DNA from: an uncultured beta proteobacterium | GTDB lineage: Bacteria; Pseudomonadota; Gammaproteobacteria; Burkholderiales; Burkholderiaceae_C | NCBI GenBank assembly: GCA_963831255.1 | Contig: CAWHPI010000002.1 | Span: 48,100-112,099 of the forward strand | Length of the DNA stretch: 64,000 nucleotides | Direction of reading: 5' to 3' | Shown here: one piece after another, positions 41,109 through 55,884 of the stretch | Layout: every line of letters starts with the position of its first letter | Numbering within the stretch: position 1 is the stretch's first letter | The notes under the pieces: model-generated | The model's input: only the letters and a program-made list of their open reading frames with translations | What the model was told of the DNA's origin: nothing | Database searches by the model: none | Made by a program: the position numbers and the translations under genes

Positions 41109-41579
41109 ATGAGCTCACGCAACCGACTCACCGATCCGCGGGAGCAGGCCGACCTGCTGCTCTACCGGCTTTACCGCGTCCACACCACCGCGGCCCGGCT
41201 GGTGGTGCCTTTGTGTGAACGCGAGTTTGGCCTCACCCGGCGCGAATGGCGGGTGCTGTCGTTCCTGTCGCAGCACGAGGGCGCGCTCTCCAGCGAGCTG
41301 GCCGCCCACGCCATGCTGGACCGCGCGCGCACCTCGCGCACGCTCACCCGCCTGGATGAAAAAGGCCTGATCCGCCGCCAGCCCCGGCCGTCGGACCGGC
41401 GCGAGGTGCATGTGTCCCTGACCGAGGAGGGCCGGCGCATCGCCGCCGCGCTGTTTCTCCAGGTGGCCGAGATCAACCACGCGCTCATGGCGGGGTTGAG
41501 CGTCGAGGAACGCCAGCAGCTCGACGGCTTGCTCGACCGCCTTCAGGCGCGGGCCAACGCTTTGACCACCAGCGCCTGA
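41109..41579 (+). CDS. MarR family transcriptional regulator
   Basis: GLTRREWRVL, LDRARTSRTL, DRREVHVSLTEEG; divergent from Bug-Bug-sulfatase. Confidence 0.92.
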   Translation: MSSRNRLTDPREQADLLLYRLYRVHTTAARLVVPLCEREFGLTRREWRVLSFLSQHEGALSSELAAHAMLDRARTSRTLTRLDEKGLIRRQPRPSDRREVHVSLTEEGRRIAAALFLQVAEINHALMAGLSVEERQQLDGLLDRLQARANALTTSA

Positions 41580-41583
41580 GGCC

Positions 41584-42660
41584 TCAGACCTTGCTGGTTC
41601 CCCGGACCATCGCCACCACCATCGCAATGACGGTGAGCGGCAGGGCGAAGCTGGTCATGAGAAACGCGAACGCGCCCAGCGCCGGGTGTTGCTGGGCCAG
41701 CAACACCAGGTAGCCCACATACGCCACGTAATAGAACAGGAACACGCCGCCTTCCCAGCGCGCGATCTCGCGCCCGGTCATGAACACCGGCAGACAGGCC
41801 AGCGCCACCGCCAGCATGACCCAGATGTCGAACTGCATCACCGAGGCTGGAATCACCAGACCGGCGCTGCCTGCCGCCATGCCCGAGAGGCCGATGCAGC
41901 CCAGCAGGTTGAAGGTGCTGCTGCCCACCACGTTGCCCACCGCAATGTCGCGCTCGCCCTTGATGGCGGCCATGACCGAGGTGGCGACCTCGGGCATGGA
42001 GGTGCCTGCCGCCACGATGGTGAGCGCAATCACCACGTCGCTCACGCCCAGCGCCTTGGCAAACACCACCGCCGCCGTCACCAACCAGTGCGAGCCCAGC
42101 ACCAGAAACGCCAGCCCGATGACGATCAGCCCCAGCTGCACCGGCAGCCGCTCGTCCCAGCCGCCCTTCTCTGCCGGCTTGAATTCCGCCGCGTATTCGT
42201 CGTTGGCCGACTGCGTTTCGCTGCGCGACTGCACGATGAGAAACACGGTGTAAGCCAGCAACAACGCGAACAGCATGGCGCCATCGACCACGCCCACCTG
42301 CCCATCCAGGGCAAAAATCAGCAGCAACAGGGACGCGCCCAGCATGATGGGCACCTCTTGGCGGATCAGCTGGATGTTGACCACCAGCGGCGTGATGAGC
42401 GCCGAGATGCCCAGGATGAACAGCACGTTGAAGATGTTGCTGCCCACCACGTTGCCAATCGCAATGTCGTTCTTGCCACCCAGGACCGCGCCCACCGACA
42501 CCGCCATTTCCGGCGCGCTGGTGCCAAAGGCAACGATGGTCAGGCCCACCACCAGCGGCGAAATGCCGAACGACAGCGCCAGCTTGGAGGCGCCGCGCAC
42601 CAGCAGTTCGGCACCAGCCACCAGGCCCACCAGGCCAGCAAGAAACATCAGAAGGGTCAT
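41584..42660 (-). CDS. Calcium/sodium antiporter (YrbG/CaCA family)
   Basis: Alpha repeats GTSAPE...GNVVGSNIFN and GTSMPE...GNVVGSSTFN. Confidence 0.92.
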   Translation of the reverse strand: MTLLMFLAGLVGLVAGAELLVRGASKLALSFGISPLVVGLTIVAFGTSAPEMAVSVGAVLGGKNDIAIGNVVGSNIFNVLFILGISALITPLVVNIQLIRQEVPIMLGASLLLLIFALDGQVGVVDGAMLFALLLAYTVFLIVQSRSETQSANDEYAAEFKPAEKGGWDERLPVQLGLIVIGLAFLVLGSHWLVTAAVVFAKALGVSDVVIALTIVAAGTSMPEVATSVMAAIKGERDIAVGNVVGSSTFNLLGCIGLSGMAAGSAGLVIPASVMQFDIWVMLAVALACLPVFMTGREIARWEGGVFLFYYVAYVGYLVLLAQQHPALGAFAFLMTSFALPLTVIAMVVAMVRGTSKV

Positions 42661-42785
42661 TCGGAACTCAAAAAAAATGGCGCTCGCCTGCACCGGGGCT
42701 GGCTGCGCAGAGGTGACCGGGCGGCCGGAATCGTAAACCAGAACCGGCGACCACCCCTTGGGCGAAGCGCCCAAGAACGAAAGCC

Positions 42786-44653
42786 CTAGATTTCGACCTT
42801 GGACCCCAGCTCGATCACCGCATTGCTCGGCAGGTTGAGGAACTCGGCGGCCGCGCCAGCGTTGTGGTGCATCTGCGCAAACAGCTTTTCACGCCAGGGC
42901 GCCATGCCGCCACCGGTGGTGGGCACCACCACGTCGCGCGAAAGAAAGTAGCTGGTGGTCATGGGCTCCAGATCGCAGCCGCGCCCGCGCATGGCGGACA
43001 GCGCCTGTGGCACATCGGGGTCGTTTTTGAAGCCGTAGTGAATCACCACCTGCCAGCAGTTGTGGCCCAGGCGCTCGGCCACCAGGCGCTTGTCCAGCCC
43101 GATCCAGGGCACCTCGTGGCTGCGCACGGTGACAAACAGGTTGCGCTCGTGCAGCACCTTGTTGTGTTTGAGGTTGTGCAGCAGCGCGTTGGGCACGGTG
43201 CCGGTCTCGGCGGTGAGAAACACCGCCGTGCCCTCCACCCGCAGCGGCGGTGCGACAAAGACCGCGTCCAGAAAGCTGGGCAGGTCCATCGCCTCGGCCT
43301 GCTGCTTGGCAGACACCAGCGCACGGCCCTGCTTCCAGGTCATCATGAGCGTGAACACCAGGCCACCGATCATGAGCGGGAACCAGCCGCCGTCGAACAG
43401 CTTGAGCAGGTTGGAGCTGAAAAACGCGAAGTCGACCACGAAGAAGAACCCGGTGGGCAACAGGCAGATCCACAGCGGATATTTCCAGCCGTAGCGCAGC
43501 ACGAAGAAGGTGAGCACGGTGGTGATCAGCATGTCCAGCGTGACCGCGATGCCGTAGGCCGCGGCCAGGTTGCTCGACGAACGAAACATCACCACCGCCA
43601 GCACGATGGCGGCAAACAGACCCCAGTTCACGAACGGCAGGTAGATCTGACCGGTGTCGCGCACGCTGGTGTGGCGCACATTGAGGCGCGGCAGATAGCC
43701 CAGCTGCATCGCCTGCTTGGTGACGCTGAAGGCGCCGGTGATGAGGGCCTGCGAAGCGATCACGGTGGCCATGGTGGCCAGGCCCACCAGCGGCAGCAAG
43801 GCCCACTCGGGCGCCATCCTGAAGAACGGGTTTTCCACCGCGGTGGGGTCTGCCAGCAGCAGCGCGCCCTGGCCGAAATAGTTGAGCGTGAGACACGGCA
43901 TGACGACGAGAAACCAGGCCAGGCGGATCGGCTTCTGGCCGAAATGGCCGAGGTCGGCATACAGGGCTTCGGCACCGGTCACGCAAAGCACCACCGCGCC
44001 AAGAATGATGAAGGTGGTGCCCGGCTGGGTCCAGATGAAGCGCAGCGCGTGATGCGGGCTGAGCGCCTCCAGAATTTCGGGGTGGCCCACGATGTGCGAC
44101 ACGCCAAGTGCGGCGATCGAGACAAACCACACCAGCGTGAGCGGGCCAAAAACCGGCCGATGCCGCCGGTGCCACGCTTTTGCACGGCGAACAGCATGAA
44201 CAGCACGACCAGCGTGATCGGCACCACATAGCGCCGGAAGGCGGGCGACACCACCTCCAGACCCTCCACCGCCGAAAGCACCGAGATCGCGGGCGTGATC
44301 ACGCCGTCGCCATAAAACAGCGAGGTGCCAAAGATGCCGATCACCAGCAACACGCTGCGCAAACGCGGCTTGTCTTTCACCGCCTGCGAGGCCAGCGCGA
44401 GCATGGCGATCAGGCCGCCCTCGCCCGCGTTGTCGGCCCGCAGCACCAGCGCCACGTATTTCAGCGAGACGATGACGGTGAGCGTCCAGAACACGATGGA
44501 CAGCACACCGTAGACATTGGCGTGGGTAAAGGGAACGTGGCCAGACCCGAAGATCTCCTTGATGGCGTACAGCACGCTGGTGCCGATATCGCCATAAACC
44601 ACGCCAATGGCGCCCAGGGTGAGCGCTTTGAGAGACGACTTGGAAGCTGCCAC
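42786..44653 (-). CDS. kup: Potassium transporter Kup (indel near 44150)
   Basis: [41 protein letters not shown]; GTG start inferred. Confidence 0.95.
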
Positions 44654-44796
44654 AACACCACCCCGGCCTGGCGGCCGAGTCAGATCCGAAGTCGGAAGAC
44701 CGAATTCTGCGCCCGCCCTGCGCGGCGCCGCGGCGCACGGCTTCTCGAGAAGCCGGTCACCCATGTGGCGGCGCAGCCGCAGGCGGGCGCGGGGGG

Positions 44797-46089
44797 TCAG
44801 TCGTAAACCTCGGCGTCCGGATCTGTCGCTTCGAGCTCGTAGCTCGCGGCCAGCATGGCCAGGCGGCCGATCACGCCGTACATGTAGAAGCGGTTGGGCA
44901 GGCTGGCGCCGGGTTTGGCGCCCGGCTGCGGCAGCTGCGCGCTTTTCTCGAACGCCAGCGGCACGAAGCGCGCGCCCGGCGCATTGAGGTTTTCGTCGAC
45001 GCCGCGCTCCGCGTGCACGCGGTAGAAGCCGCCGACCACGTAGCGGTCCATCATGTAGACCACCGGCTCGGCCACCGCCGCGTTGATGCGCTCGTTGGTC
45101 ATCACGCCTTCCTGGATGATGACCTCGCCCGCGCCCAGCGCGCTTTGCTGGCGGGCCATGTTCTGGCGTTGCTCGACCGACAGCGCATCGATCTCCTTGG
45201 CGTCGCGCACGGTCATGATGCCCATGCCGCCGGTGCCGTTGTCGGCCTTGATCACCACGAACGGCTTCTCGTTGATGCCGTATTCCTTGTATTTGCGGCG
45301 AATCTTGGCCAGCAGGGCGTCGGTGTTGGTGCGCAGGCAGTCCAGCCCGGCGTCGGCGGTGAAATCGACCTCGCCGCACTGCGCAAACAGCGGGTTGATC
45401 AACCAGTGGTCCATGCCCAGCAGCTTGCCGAAACGCTTGGCCACCTCTTCATAGGCCTTGAAATGCTGGCTCTTGCGCCGCGTGCCCCAGCCCGCGTGCA
45501 GCGGGGGCAGCAGGTACTGCTCGTGCAGGTCTTCCAGAATGCCGGGCACACCCGCGCTCAAGTCGTTGTTCAGCAGGATGGTGCAGGGATCGAAGTTCTT
45601 CAGCCCCAGGCGGCGCTTGCTGCGCACCAGCGGCTCCAGCGTGACCGATTCGCCGCCCGGCAGCTCGATGGTCTTGGGCGCGGTGATGTCGTTGGACAAG
45701 GCGCCCAGGCGCACATTGAGCCCGGCCTGAAAAAAGATGCGCTGCAGCTGCGCGAGGTTGCTCAGGTAGAAGATGTCGGTGCTGCTCTCGGGCACCAGCA
45801 GCAGGTTTTTCGCCTCGGGGCAGATTTTCTCGATCGCTGCCATCGCCGCCTGCACCGCCAGCGGCATCATTTCGGGCGTGAGGTGGTTCCAGCCACCGGG
45901 GAACAGGTTGGTGTCCACCGGTGCCAGCTTGAAGCCGGCGTTGCGCACGTCGACCGAGGTGTAGAACGGCGGCGTGTGCTCCATCCACTCCAGCCGGAAC
46001 CAGCGCTCGATCACCGGGGTGGATTCGAGGATGCGCTGCTCCAGCTCGTTGATGGGGCCACTCAGGGCGGTGACAAGATGCGGAACCAT
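44797..46089 (-). CDS. gshA: Glutamate--cysteine ligase (betaproteobacterial type)
   Basis: [45 protein letters not shown]. Confidence 0.93.
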   Translation of the reverse strand: MVPHLVTALSGPINELEQRILESTPVIERWFRLEWMEHTPPFYTSVDVRNAGFKLAPVDTNLFPGGWNHLTPEMMPLAVQAAMAAIEKICPEAKNLLLVPESSTDIFYLSNLAQLQRIFFQAGLNVRLGALSNDITAPKTIELPGGESVTLEPLVRSKRRLGLKNFDPCTILLNNDLSAGVPGILEDLHEQYLLPPLHAGWGTRRKSQHFKAYEEVAKRFGKLLGMDHWLINPLFAQCGEVDFTADAGLDCLRTNTDALLAKIRRKYKEYGINEKPFVVIKADNGTGGMGIMTVRDAKEIDALSVEQRQNMARQQSALGAGEVIIQEGVMTNERINAAVAEPVVYMMDRYVVGGFYRVHAERGVDENLNAPGARFVPLAFEKSAQLPQPGAKPGASLPNRFYMYGVIGRLAMLAASYELEATDPDAEVYD

Positions 46090-46205
46090 GCGGGCCTTTG
46101 GTGAAAAAAGTAAATCGACTGAGCGCGTGGCGGGGATCGGTGGCGTCGCTGAATGCAGTCAGGTGGGGGCACTCGCCCCGCTTGCAAGGCGGGCGCGGTC
46201 GGCGC

Positions 46206-47489
46206 TCAACCGCGCACCTCGCCCTCGCCCAGCACCACGTATTTGAGCGAGGTGAGCCCCTCGACGCCGACCGGGCCACGGGCGTGAAACTTGTCGGTGG
46301 AAATGCCGATCTCAGCGCCCAGACCAAACTCGAACCCATCGGCGAAGCGGGTGCTCGCATTCACCATGACGCTGGCCGAGTCGACCTCGCGCAAAAAGCG
46401 CTGGGCGTGCAGGTGGTCGGTGGTGAGGATGGCGTCGGTGTGGTGGCTGCTGTAGTGGTTGATGTGGTCAATGGCCTCTTCGACACCGCCCACGACGCGG
46501 ATGCTGATCACCGGCGCCAGGTATTCCTCGAACCAGTCGGCCTCGGTCGCGTCTGTCAGATGCGCCTGAGCAACCGGCGCCAGCAAGGCCTTGGACTCGG
46601 CGCAGCAGCGCATTTCAACACCCTTGGCGGCATAAACCGCCCCGATCAGGGGAAGGAATTCGGCTGCCACACCGCGCGCCACCAGCAGGCTTTCGGTGGC
46701 GTTGCAGGGGCTGTACTTTTGCGTTTTGGCGTTGTCGGCCACGGTGACTGCCATCGCGATGTCGCACGGGTCGTCCACGTAGGTGTGGCAGTTGCCGTCC
46801 AGGTGCTTGATCACCGGCACCTTGGCCTCGGCACTGATGCGCTCGATCAGGCCCTTGCCGCCGCGCGGAATGATCACATCCACATACTGTGGCATGGTGA
46901 TGAGCTGACCCACCGCGGCGCGGTCGGTGGTCGGCACCAGCTGCACCGCATCGGCTGGCAAACCTGCCGAGGTGAGCGCCTGCTGCACCAGCGCGGCCAG
47001 CGCGCGGTTGGAGTCGATGGCCTCCGAGCCACCGCGCAGGATGGCCGCGTTGCCGCTCTTGATCGCCAGCGACGCGGCCTCGATCGTCACGTTCGGCCGG
47101 CTCTCGTAAACCATGCCGAACACGCCAATGGGCACCCGCATCTGGCCCACACGAATGCCACTGGGCATCTGCTTGAGGCCGGAGACCTCGCCAATCACGT
47201 CGGCCATGGCCGCGAGCTGCTCGCAGCCCTGGGCGCAGGTCTCGATCACCGGCGGCGTGAGTTTGAGCCGATCGACCATGGGCTCGGCCAGGCCGGCAGC
47301 CCGGGCGCGCGTCAGATCCTTGGCGTTTTCCACCTGCAGGCCATCGACATTGGCGCGCAGCAGCGCCGCCAGTGAAGTGAGCGCATGGCGCTTGGTGGCA
47401 GCACTCGCCTTGGCCATGCCCGCAGAAGCGGCCTTGGCCTGGCTGCCCAGGCTGTTCATGAGTTCGGTGGTGTTGCTCGCGTTCATCAC
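46206..47489 (-). CDS. proA: Gamma-glutamyl phosphate reductase
   Basis: [36 protein letters not shown]. Confidence 0.97.
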   Translation of the reverse strand: MMNASNTTELMNSLGSQAKAASAGMAKASAATKRHALTSLAALLRANVDGLQVENAKDLTRARAAGLAEPMVDRLKLTPPVIETCAQGCEQLAAMADVIGEVSGLKQMPSGIRVGQMRVPIGVFGMVYESRPNVTIEAASLAIKSGNAAILRGGSEAIDSNRALAALVQQALTSAGLPADAVQLVPTTDRAAVGQLITMPQYVDVIIPRGGKGLIERISAEAKVPVIKHLDGNCHTYVDDPCDIAMAVTVADNAKTQKYSPCNATESLLVARGVAAEFLPLIGAVYAAKGVEMRCCAESKALLAPVAQAHLTDATEADWFEEYLAPVISIRVVGGVEEAIDHINHYSSHHTDAILTTDHLHAQRFLREVDSASVMVNASTRFADGFEFGLGAEIGISTDKFHARGPVGVEGLTSLKYVVLGEGEVRG

Positions 47490-47588
47490 CGGATTTTCTC
47501 ACCCCGTGGCAGCAGGCCAGGTGGGCGGGCGACGAAACGGCACAATGTTCTCCAGATGCCACCCGAGTTCTCAGACAAGGAGCCCCCG

Positions 47589-47969
47589 ATGAAGAACGCC
47601 ATGGACCTGGTGAGCGCTGCCAAAGCGCGTGTCGCCGAAATCCCGGTCAGCGAAGCCGAAGCCGCGATCCGCGAGGCCGATGTACTGATCGATGTGCGCG
47701 AAGAAAGCGAGTTCGCCAGCGGCCACCTGCCGGGCGCCATCCACGCCTCGCGCGGCATGCTCGAATTCAAGCTCAGCGGCACACCAGCACTCGCTTCGCG
47801 CGACCTCAAGGTGGTGCTGTATTGCAAGACCAGCGGACGCGCGGCGCTGGCGGCCGCAGCCATGCGAGACATGGGCTACCTGCATGTGCAATCGATCGCC
47901 GGCGGGTACGACGGCTGGCTGGCCGCCGGTAAACCCGTGGTCAAGCCCGAGCTGCCCAGCTTCGGCTGA
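47589..47969 (+). CDS. Single-domain rhodanese
   Basis: AAGGAG SD; IDVRE, GHLPGA, active loop YCKTSGR. Confidence 0.9.
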   Translation: MKNAMDLVSAAKARVAEIPVSEAEAAIREADVLIDVREESEFASGHLPGAIHASRGMLEFKLSGTPALASRDLKVVLYCKTSGRAALAAAAMRDMGYLHVQSIAGGYDGWLAAGKPVVKPELPSFG

Positions 47970-48041
47970 CCTGAGAGCCTGTCGGACTTGGGGAGCGCCT
48001 GCTGCCAATCGGCCCCAGCGAGGCCGACAGGCTTCCAGGCC

Positions 48042-49094
48042 TCAACGAACAGCACAGGCCTGCGCCACCTTCATCGCCAGCTGCTGCAAGGCCTGCCACG
48101 GGTCGGCTGGCCAGCCGGGGGACTTCAGGCCTTTGACGATGCCGTCCACCGTGTGGGCGTCGTCCAGCCAGCGCGTCAGCGTGACGGCACTGAGCAGCGG
48201 CAAGGCGCGCTCCATCAGCTTTTCTTTCACGCCCCAGACCCGGTTTTCTCGCAACGCCATGGGCAGCGGGCGCCCGGCGTCCAGCGCGGTGCGCACGCGG
48301 TACAGCGTGCGGATGTCCTCGGCCAGCGCCCAGTGCACCAGAACCGCCGCCTCGCCCTCGGCCTGCAGGCCGTCGAGCATGCGCTGCACGCGCGTCACCT
48401 GCCCGCCCAGCACCGCCTCGGCCAGTTTGAACGCGGTGTAGCGCGCCACGTTGAGCACCGCGCCCTCCACCTGCTCGAAGCTCAGCTCGCCAGCCGGATG
48501 CAGCAGGCCCAGTTTCTGAATCTCCTGGTGGGCCGCCAGCAGATTGCCCTCGACCCGATCGGCAAAAAACTGCAGGGTGCGCTGACCCGCTTCGCCAGCG
48601 GCCACGCGCTGGCCCTGCAGCTGCAGGCGCTGGGCGATCCACTGCGGCAGCGCGCCACGCTCCACGGGATCGACCTTGATGGTCACGCCGTAGCTCTCCA
48701 GCGCGCCAAACCAGGCGCCCTTTTGGGTGGCGGCGTCCAGCCGCGGCAGCAGCACCAGGGTGAGCGTGGTGTCGTTGTCTGTCGCGGCCTGCGCGATCTG
48801 CTGCAGCGCGGCGGAGCCGTCTTTGCCCGGTTTGCCAGAAGGCACGCGCACCTCGATCAGCTGTTTGTCGGCAAACAGGCTGAGCGAGCCGCCGCTGGCC
48901 AGCACCGCGCTCCAGTCGAAATGCGCGCCGGCGGCGGTGTGCACGGTGCGCTCGGTGTGGCCCTGCTCGCGCGCCACCTGGCGGATCGCGTCGCCCAGCT
49001 CCTGCACCAGCAGCGGCTCGTCGCCGTGGATGGTGTACAGGCTCTTGAGCCCGCGCTGCAGGTGGGCCTGGAGCTGGCTGGCGACGACCTGCAC
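48042..49094 (-). CDS. holA: DNA polymerase III subunit delta
   Basis: GDEPLL, SLFADKQL, VEGNLLAAHQEIQKL; leuS-lptE-holA order. Confidence 0.95.
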   Translation of the reverse strand: MQVVASQLQAHLQRGLKSLYTIHGDEPLLVQELGDAIRQVAREQGHTERTVHTAAGAHFDWSAVLASGGSLSLFADKQLIEVRVPSGKPGKDGSAALQQIAQAATDNDTTLTLVLLPRLDAATQKGAWFGALESYGVTIKVDPVERGALPQWIAQRLQLQGQRVAAGEAGQRTLQFFADRVEGNLLAAHQEIQKLGLLHPAGELSFEQVEGAVLNVARYTAFKLAEAVLGGQVTRVQRMLDGLQAEGEAAVLVHWALAEDIRTLYRVRTALDAGRPLPMALRENRVWGVKEKLMERALPLLSAVTLTRWLDDAHTVDGIVKGLKSPGWPADPWQALQQLAMKVAQACAVR

Positions 49095-49645
49095 TAGAGC
49101 TTCACCGCCGCCAGCCGGCGCATGACCTGTTGCACGATGTCGCCCTGCATGTCGCGAAACAGCAGCGCTTCTTCGGCGTCTTTCGCCAGCACCGCGGTTT
49201 CGGTGAAGCTGATGTCGCGCTCCAGCAGCAGCTCGGTGTCGTCGAGCAGCTGGCGGCCGTTCTGGGTGCGCAGGCGAAAACGGAACCGGGTGCGCAGCTG
49301 CAGCTCGCGCACCTGGCCCACCGCGGTCTGGCCCACCACCACACGTTCGCGCTGATCCACCAGCACGGTGAGCACCACCTGCCCGGTGTCGCCCTCGGGG
49401 CTGGTGGGTGTGGCCGAGGTGAACACCGGGACACCGGAGACCTCCAGCGCACGCCGCAGGTCCACCGCCACCGGCGTGCCTTCGCTGCCCGCGATGCGCA
49501 AGGAGGCGAACGCAAAATTCATGGCGCCGCGCAGCTTGAAACCGCAGGCGCCCAGGCTGCTCAAGAGGCCAGCAGCCAGCGCGAGGCGGGCAGCGCCATT
49601 CAACAGCGTGCGGCGCTGAATCGCGGTCACAGAGGAATGTGGCAT
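49094..49645 (-). CDS. lptE: LPS assembly lipoprotein LptE
   Basis: Lipobox LGACGFKLRG; between leuS and holA. Confidence 0.92.
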   Translation of the reverse strand: MPHSSVTAIQRRTLLNGAARLALAAGLLSSLGACGFKLRGAMNFAFASLRIAGSEGTPVAVDLRRALEVSGVPVFTSATPTSPEGDTGQVVLTVLVDQRERVVVGQTAVGQVRELQLRTRFRFRLRTQNGRQLLDDTELLLERDISFTETAVLAKDAEEALLFRDMQGDIVQQVMRRLAAVKL

Positions 49646-49650
49646 CGCGC

Positions 49651-52962
<3,312 letters not shown>

Positions 52963-52966
<4 letters not shown>

Positions 52967-53622
52967 GTGGCCTCTGCGCCGTGCGACATCAGCTCGCGCA
53001 AATCGCGCGCAAAGCCTTCCAGATCCGCCTCGACCCGCGCGATCAGGCGGCCCAGCACGTTGTAGGCCAGCACCGCGGGAATGGCGACCGCCAGGCCGGC
53101 CGCGGTCATCACCAGCGCCTCGCCCACCGGACCCGCCACCTGCTCGATGCGGAACTGGCCGTCCATGCCGATGGCGGTGAGTGCGTGAAAAATGCCCCAC
53201 ACGGTGCCGAGCAGGCCCACAAACGGCGCAGTGGAACCCACCGTGGCGAGCAGCACCTGGCCAAACTGCAACCGCTGCAGCACCCGGTGCAGCGCATCGC
53301 GCAGCACGCGGGTGAGTTGCTGCGAACGGTCGCCGGCCACCGCCAGCGTCGCGGGCGGGGCGCGGTCCAGACCGCGAGCGGCCTGCAGCAGCGGCAAGAG
53401 CAGGGCCTGGCGGTCGAATGTGCCCAGGCGCCGCTCGGCGTCGTCCAGATCGGCGGCTTGCCAGAAAGCGGCGCTGGCGTCCTGCACATCGCGCACCGCG
53501 CGGCGCAGCAGCCAGCCTTTCCAGAGAATCACGACCCAGCTGGCGACCGACATCGCCAGCAGCAGCAGCGCCACGCTGCGGCTCAGCGCGTCGCCTTGCA
53601 TCACGGTCTCCAGCACGCCCAT
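52963..53622 (-). CDS. exbB: MotA/TolQ/ExbB proton channel protein
   Basis: TAPFVGLLGTVWGI, EALVMTAAGLAVAIPA. Confidence 0.9.
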
Positions 53623-53664
53623 GGCACGCTCCGCAAACAGAGGTTGAGAGGGTGGTGGCGTGGG

Positions 53665-54483
<819 letters not shown>

Positions 54484-54487
<4 letters not shown>

Positions 54488-55047
54488 CGCGCGGGCTCCA
54501 GCGGCGGGTAGCTGACGGTGGGCGGCACCGGCGGCGTGGGCGCAGGGGCGCTGGCTTTGTTGCGCTCCTGGAAGGCCTTCAGCTGCGCTTCGGTGGCCTC
54601 CAGTGGTGGCGCCTTTTCAAACTTGCGCTGCGTGTCCAGCGAGGCCACGAACTCGGCCTCGGTGGGCAATTCGTCGGCCTCGACGCGCTCCATCGCTTCG
54701 CCTTTGAAGAACACGGTGAGCTTGCGCTGCTGCAGCGGCTGGCCTTGGCGGCGGAAGGTGAACACGTAGTCCCATCGTTCACCGTGGAACACGCTGGTGA
54801 GCAAGGGTGAGCCCAGAATGTCGCGCACCTGGGCGCGCGCCATGCCGGGTTGCAGCGCCTGCGCCTGTTCACGCGTGACCACGTTGCCCTGCTGAATGTC
54901 GATCTTGTAGGGGGTGACCAGGCTGCCGATGCTGGGCACATCGGGCAGCTTCTCGCGCAGGCTGGAGCAGCCGGGCAACGCCATCAGGGCAGCCAACAGC
55001 AGCACGAACAAACTGCCAGTTCGCCAACCAGAAGCCCGAGACAGCAT
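54484..55047 (-). CDS. bamE: Outer membrane protein assembly factor BamE
   Basis: Lipobox LPGC, YKIDIQQGN, LGSPLL, WDYVF; divergent from fur. Confidence 0.92.
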
Positions 55048-55223
55048 CGGCGTTTCGCAGCGAGCAGAAGATGGGAGCATGGGAGGGCGCGCAGAAAGGT
55101 TCAGGAGCAAGCAGTGCACACGCACCACCGAGGGATGTGGGCTCGCCAAAGCGGGCCGACGATATGATGCATTCATTCTATCGCCGGGGTGGTTTTCTAC
55201 CCCCATGACCGAGCCCGCGCACC

Positions 55224-55661
55224 ATGTCCAACATCGAAGAACTCAAGAGCACAGGTCTGAAGGCCACGCTGCCCAGGCTGAAGATTCTTGAGGTTTTCCA
55301 GAAAGCCAAGCAGCGCCACATGACGGCCGAAGACGTCTACCGTGTGCTGCTGGAAGAGCGATCAGACATCGGCCTGGCCACCGTGTACCGCGTGTTGATG
55401 CAGTTCGAGCAGGCCGGCCTGCTGTCGCGCAGCAATTTCGAGTCGGGCAAGGCCGTGTTCGAGCTGGACGAGGGCGAGCACCATGACCACCTGGTGTGCC
55501 TGGACTGCGGCCGGGTCGAAGAGTTTTTTGATGCAGAGATCGAAAAGCGCCAGCAGATGGTGGCGAAATCGCGCGGCTTCGTGCTGCAAGAGCATGCGCT
55601 GTCGCTCTATGCGAACTGCAACAAGACCGACTGCCCGCACCGCAATAAAGCGAACGGCTGA
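55224..55661 (+). CDS. fur: Ferric uptake regulator
   Basis: [33 protein letters not shown]. Confidence 0.98.
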   Translation: MSNIEELKSTGLKATLPRLKILEVFQKAKQRHMTAEDVYRVLLEERSDIGLATVYRVLMQFEQAGLLSRSNFESGKAVFELDEGEHHDHLVCLDCGRVEEFFDAEIEKRQQMVAKSRGFVLQEHALSLYANCNKTDCPHRNKANG

Positions 55662-55702
55662 TCGATTCCGGTCACACCATGGGCGGCGCCCCGCGAGCCA
55701 GT

Positions 55703-55880
55703 GGAGCGTGGAGGTAAGGGTTTCGGCGCCGGGCCGCCCCAAGCCGAAACGCCCCCCTCGGGGGGGCAGCGACCCGCGCAGCGGCGGAGCGTGGGGGTAA
55801 CGGTTTCGGCGCCGGGCCGCCCCAAGCCGAAACAGCCCCCTCGGGGGGCAGCGACCCGCGCAGCGGCGGAGCGTGGGGGC
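55703..55880 (+). repeat. Tandem ~82-83-bp palindromic repeat (family B, about two units plus a partial)
   Basis: GGAGCGTGG recurs at 55703, 55786 and 55868; unit GTTTCGGCGCCGGGCCGCCCCAAGCCGAAAC..GCCCCCTCGGGGGGCAGCGACCCGCGCAGCGGCGGAGCGTGGGGG; between convergent fur and hprK. Confidence 0.9.
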
Positions 55881-55884
55881 AGCT

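Noticed and set aside
42661-42785. yybP-ykoY-like riboswitch upstream of the Ca/Na antiporter
   Set aside because: Only loose resemblance (AAGGGGTGGTC, GGCGAGCGCC); a TACGAT -10-like box lies inside it; would need cmscan support
55161-55182. Fur box upstream of fur/bamE
   Set aside because: Poor match to GATAATGATAATCATTATC; better explained as overlapping divergent -10 boxes (TATGAT and TAGAAT)
55703-55880. Possible CRISPR array
   Set aside because: Whole ~83-bp units repeat with no unique spacers, and no cas genes are present
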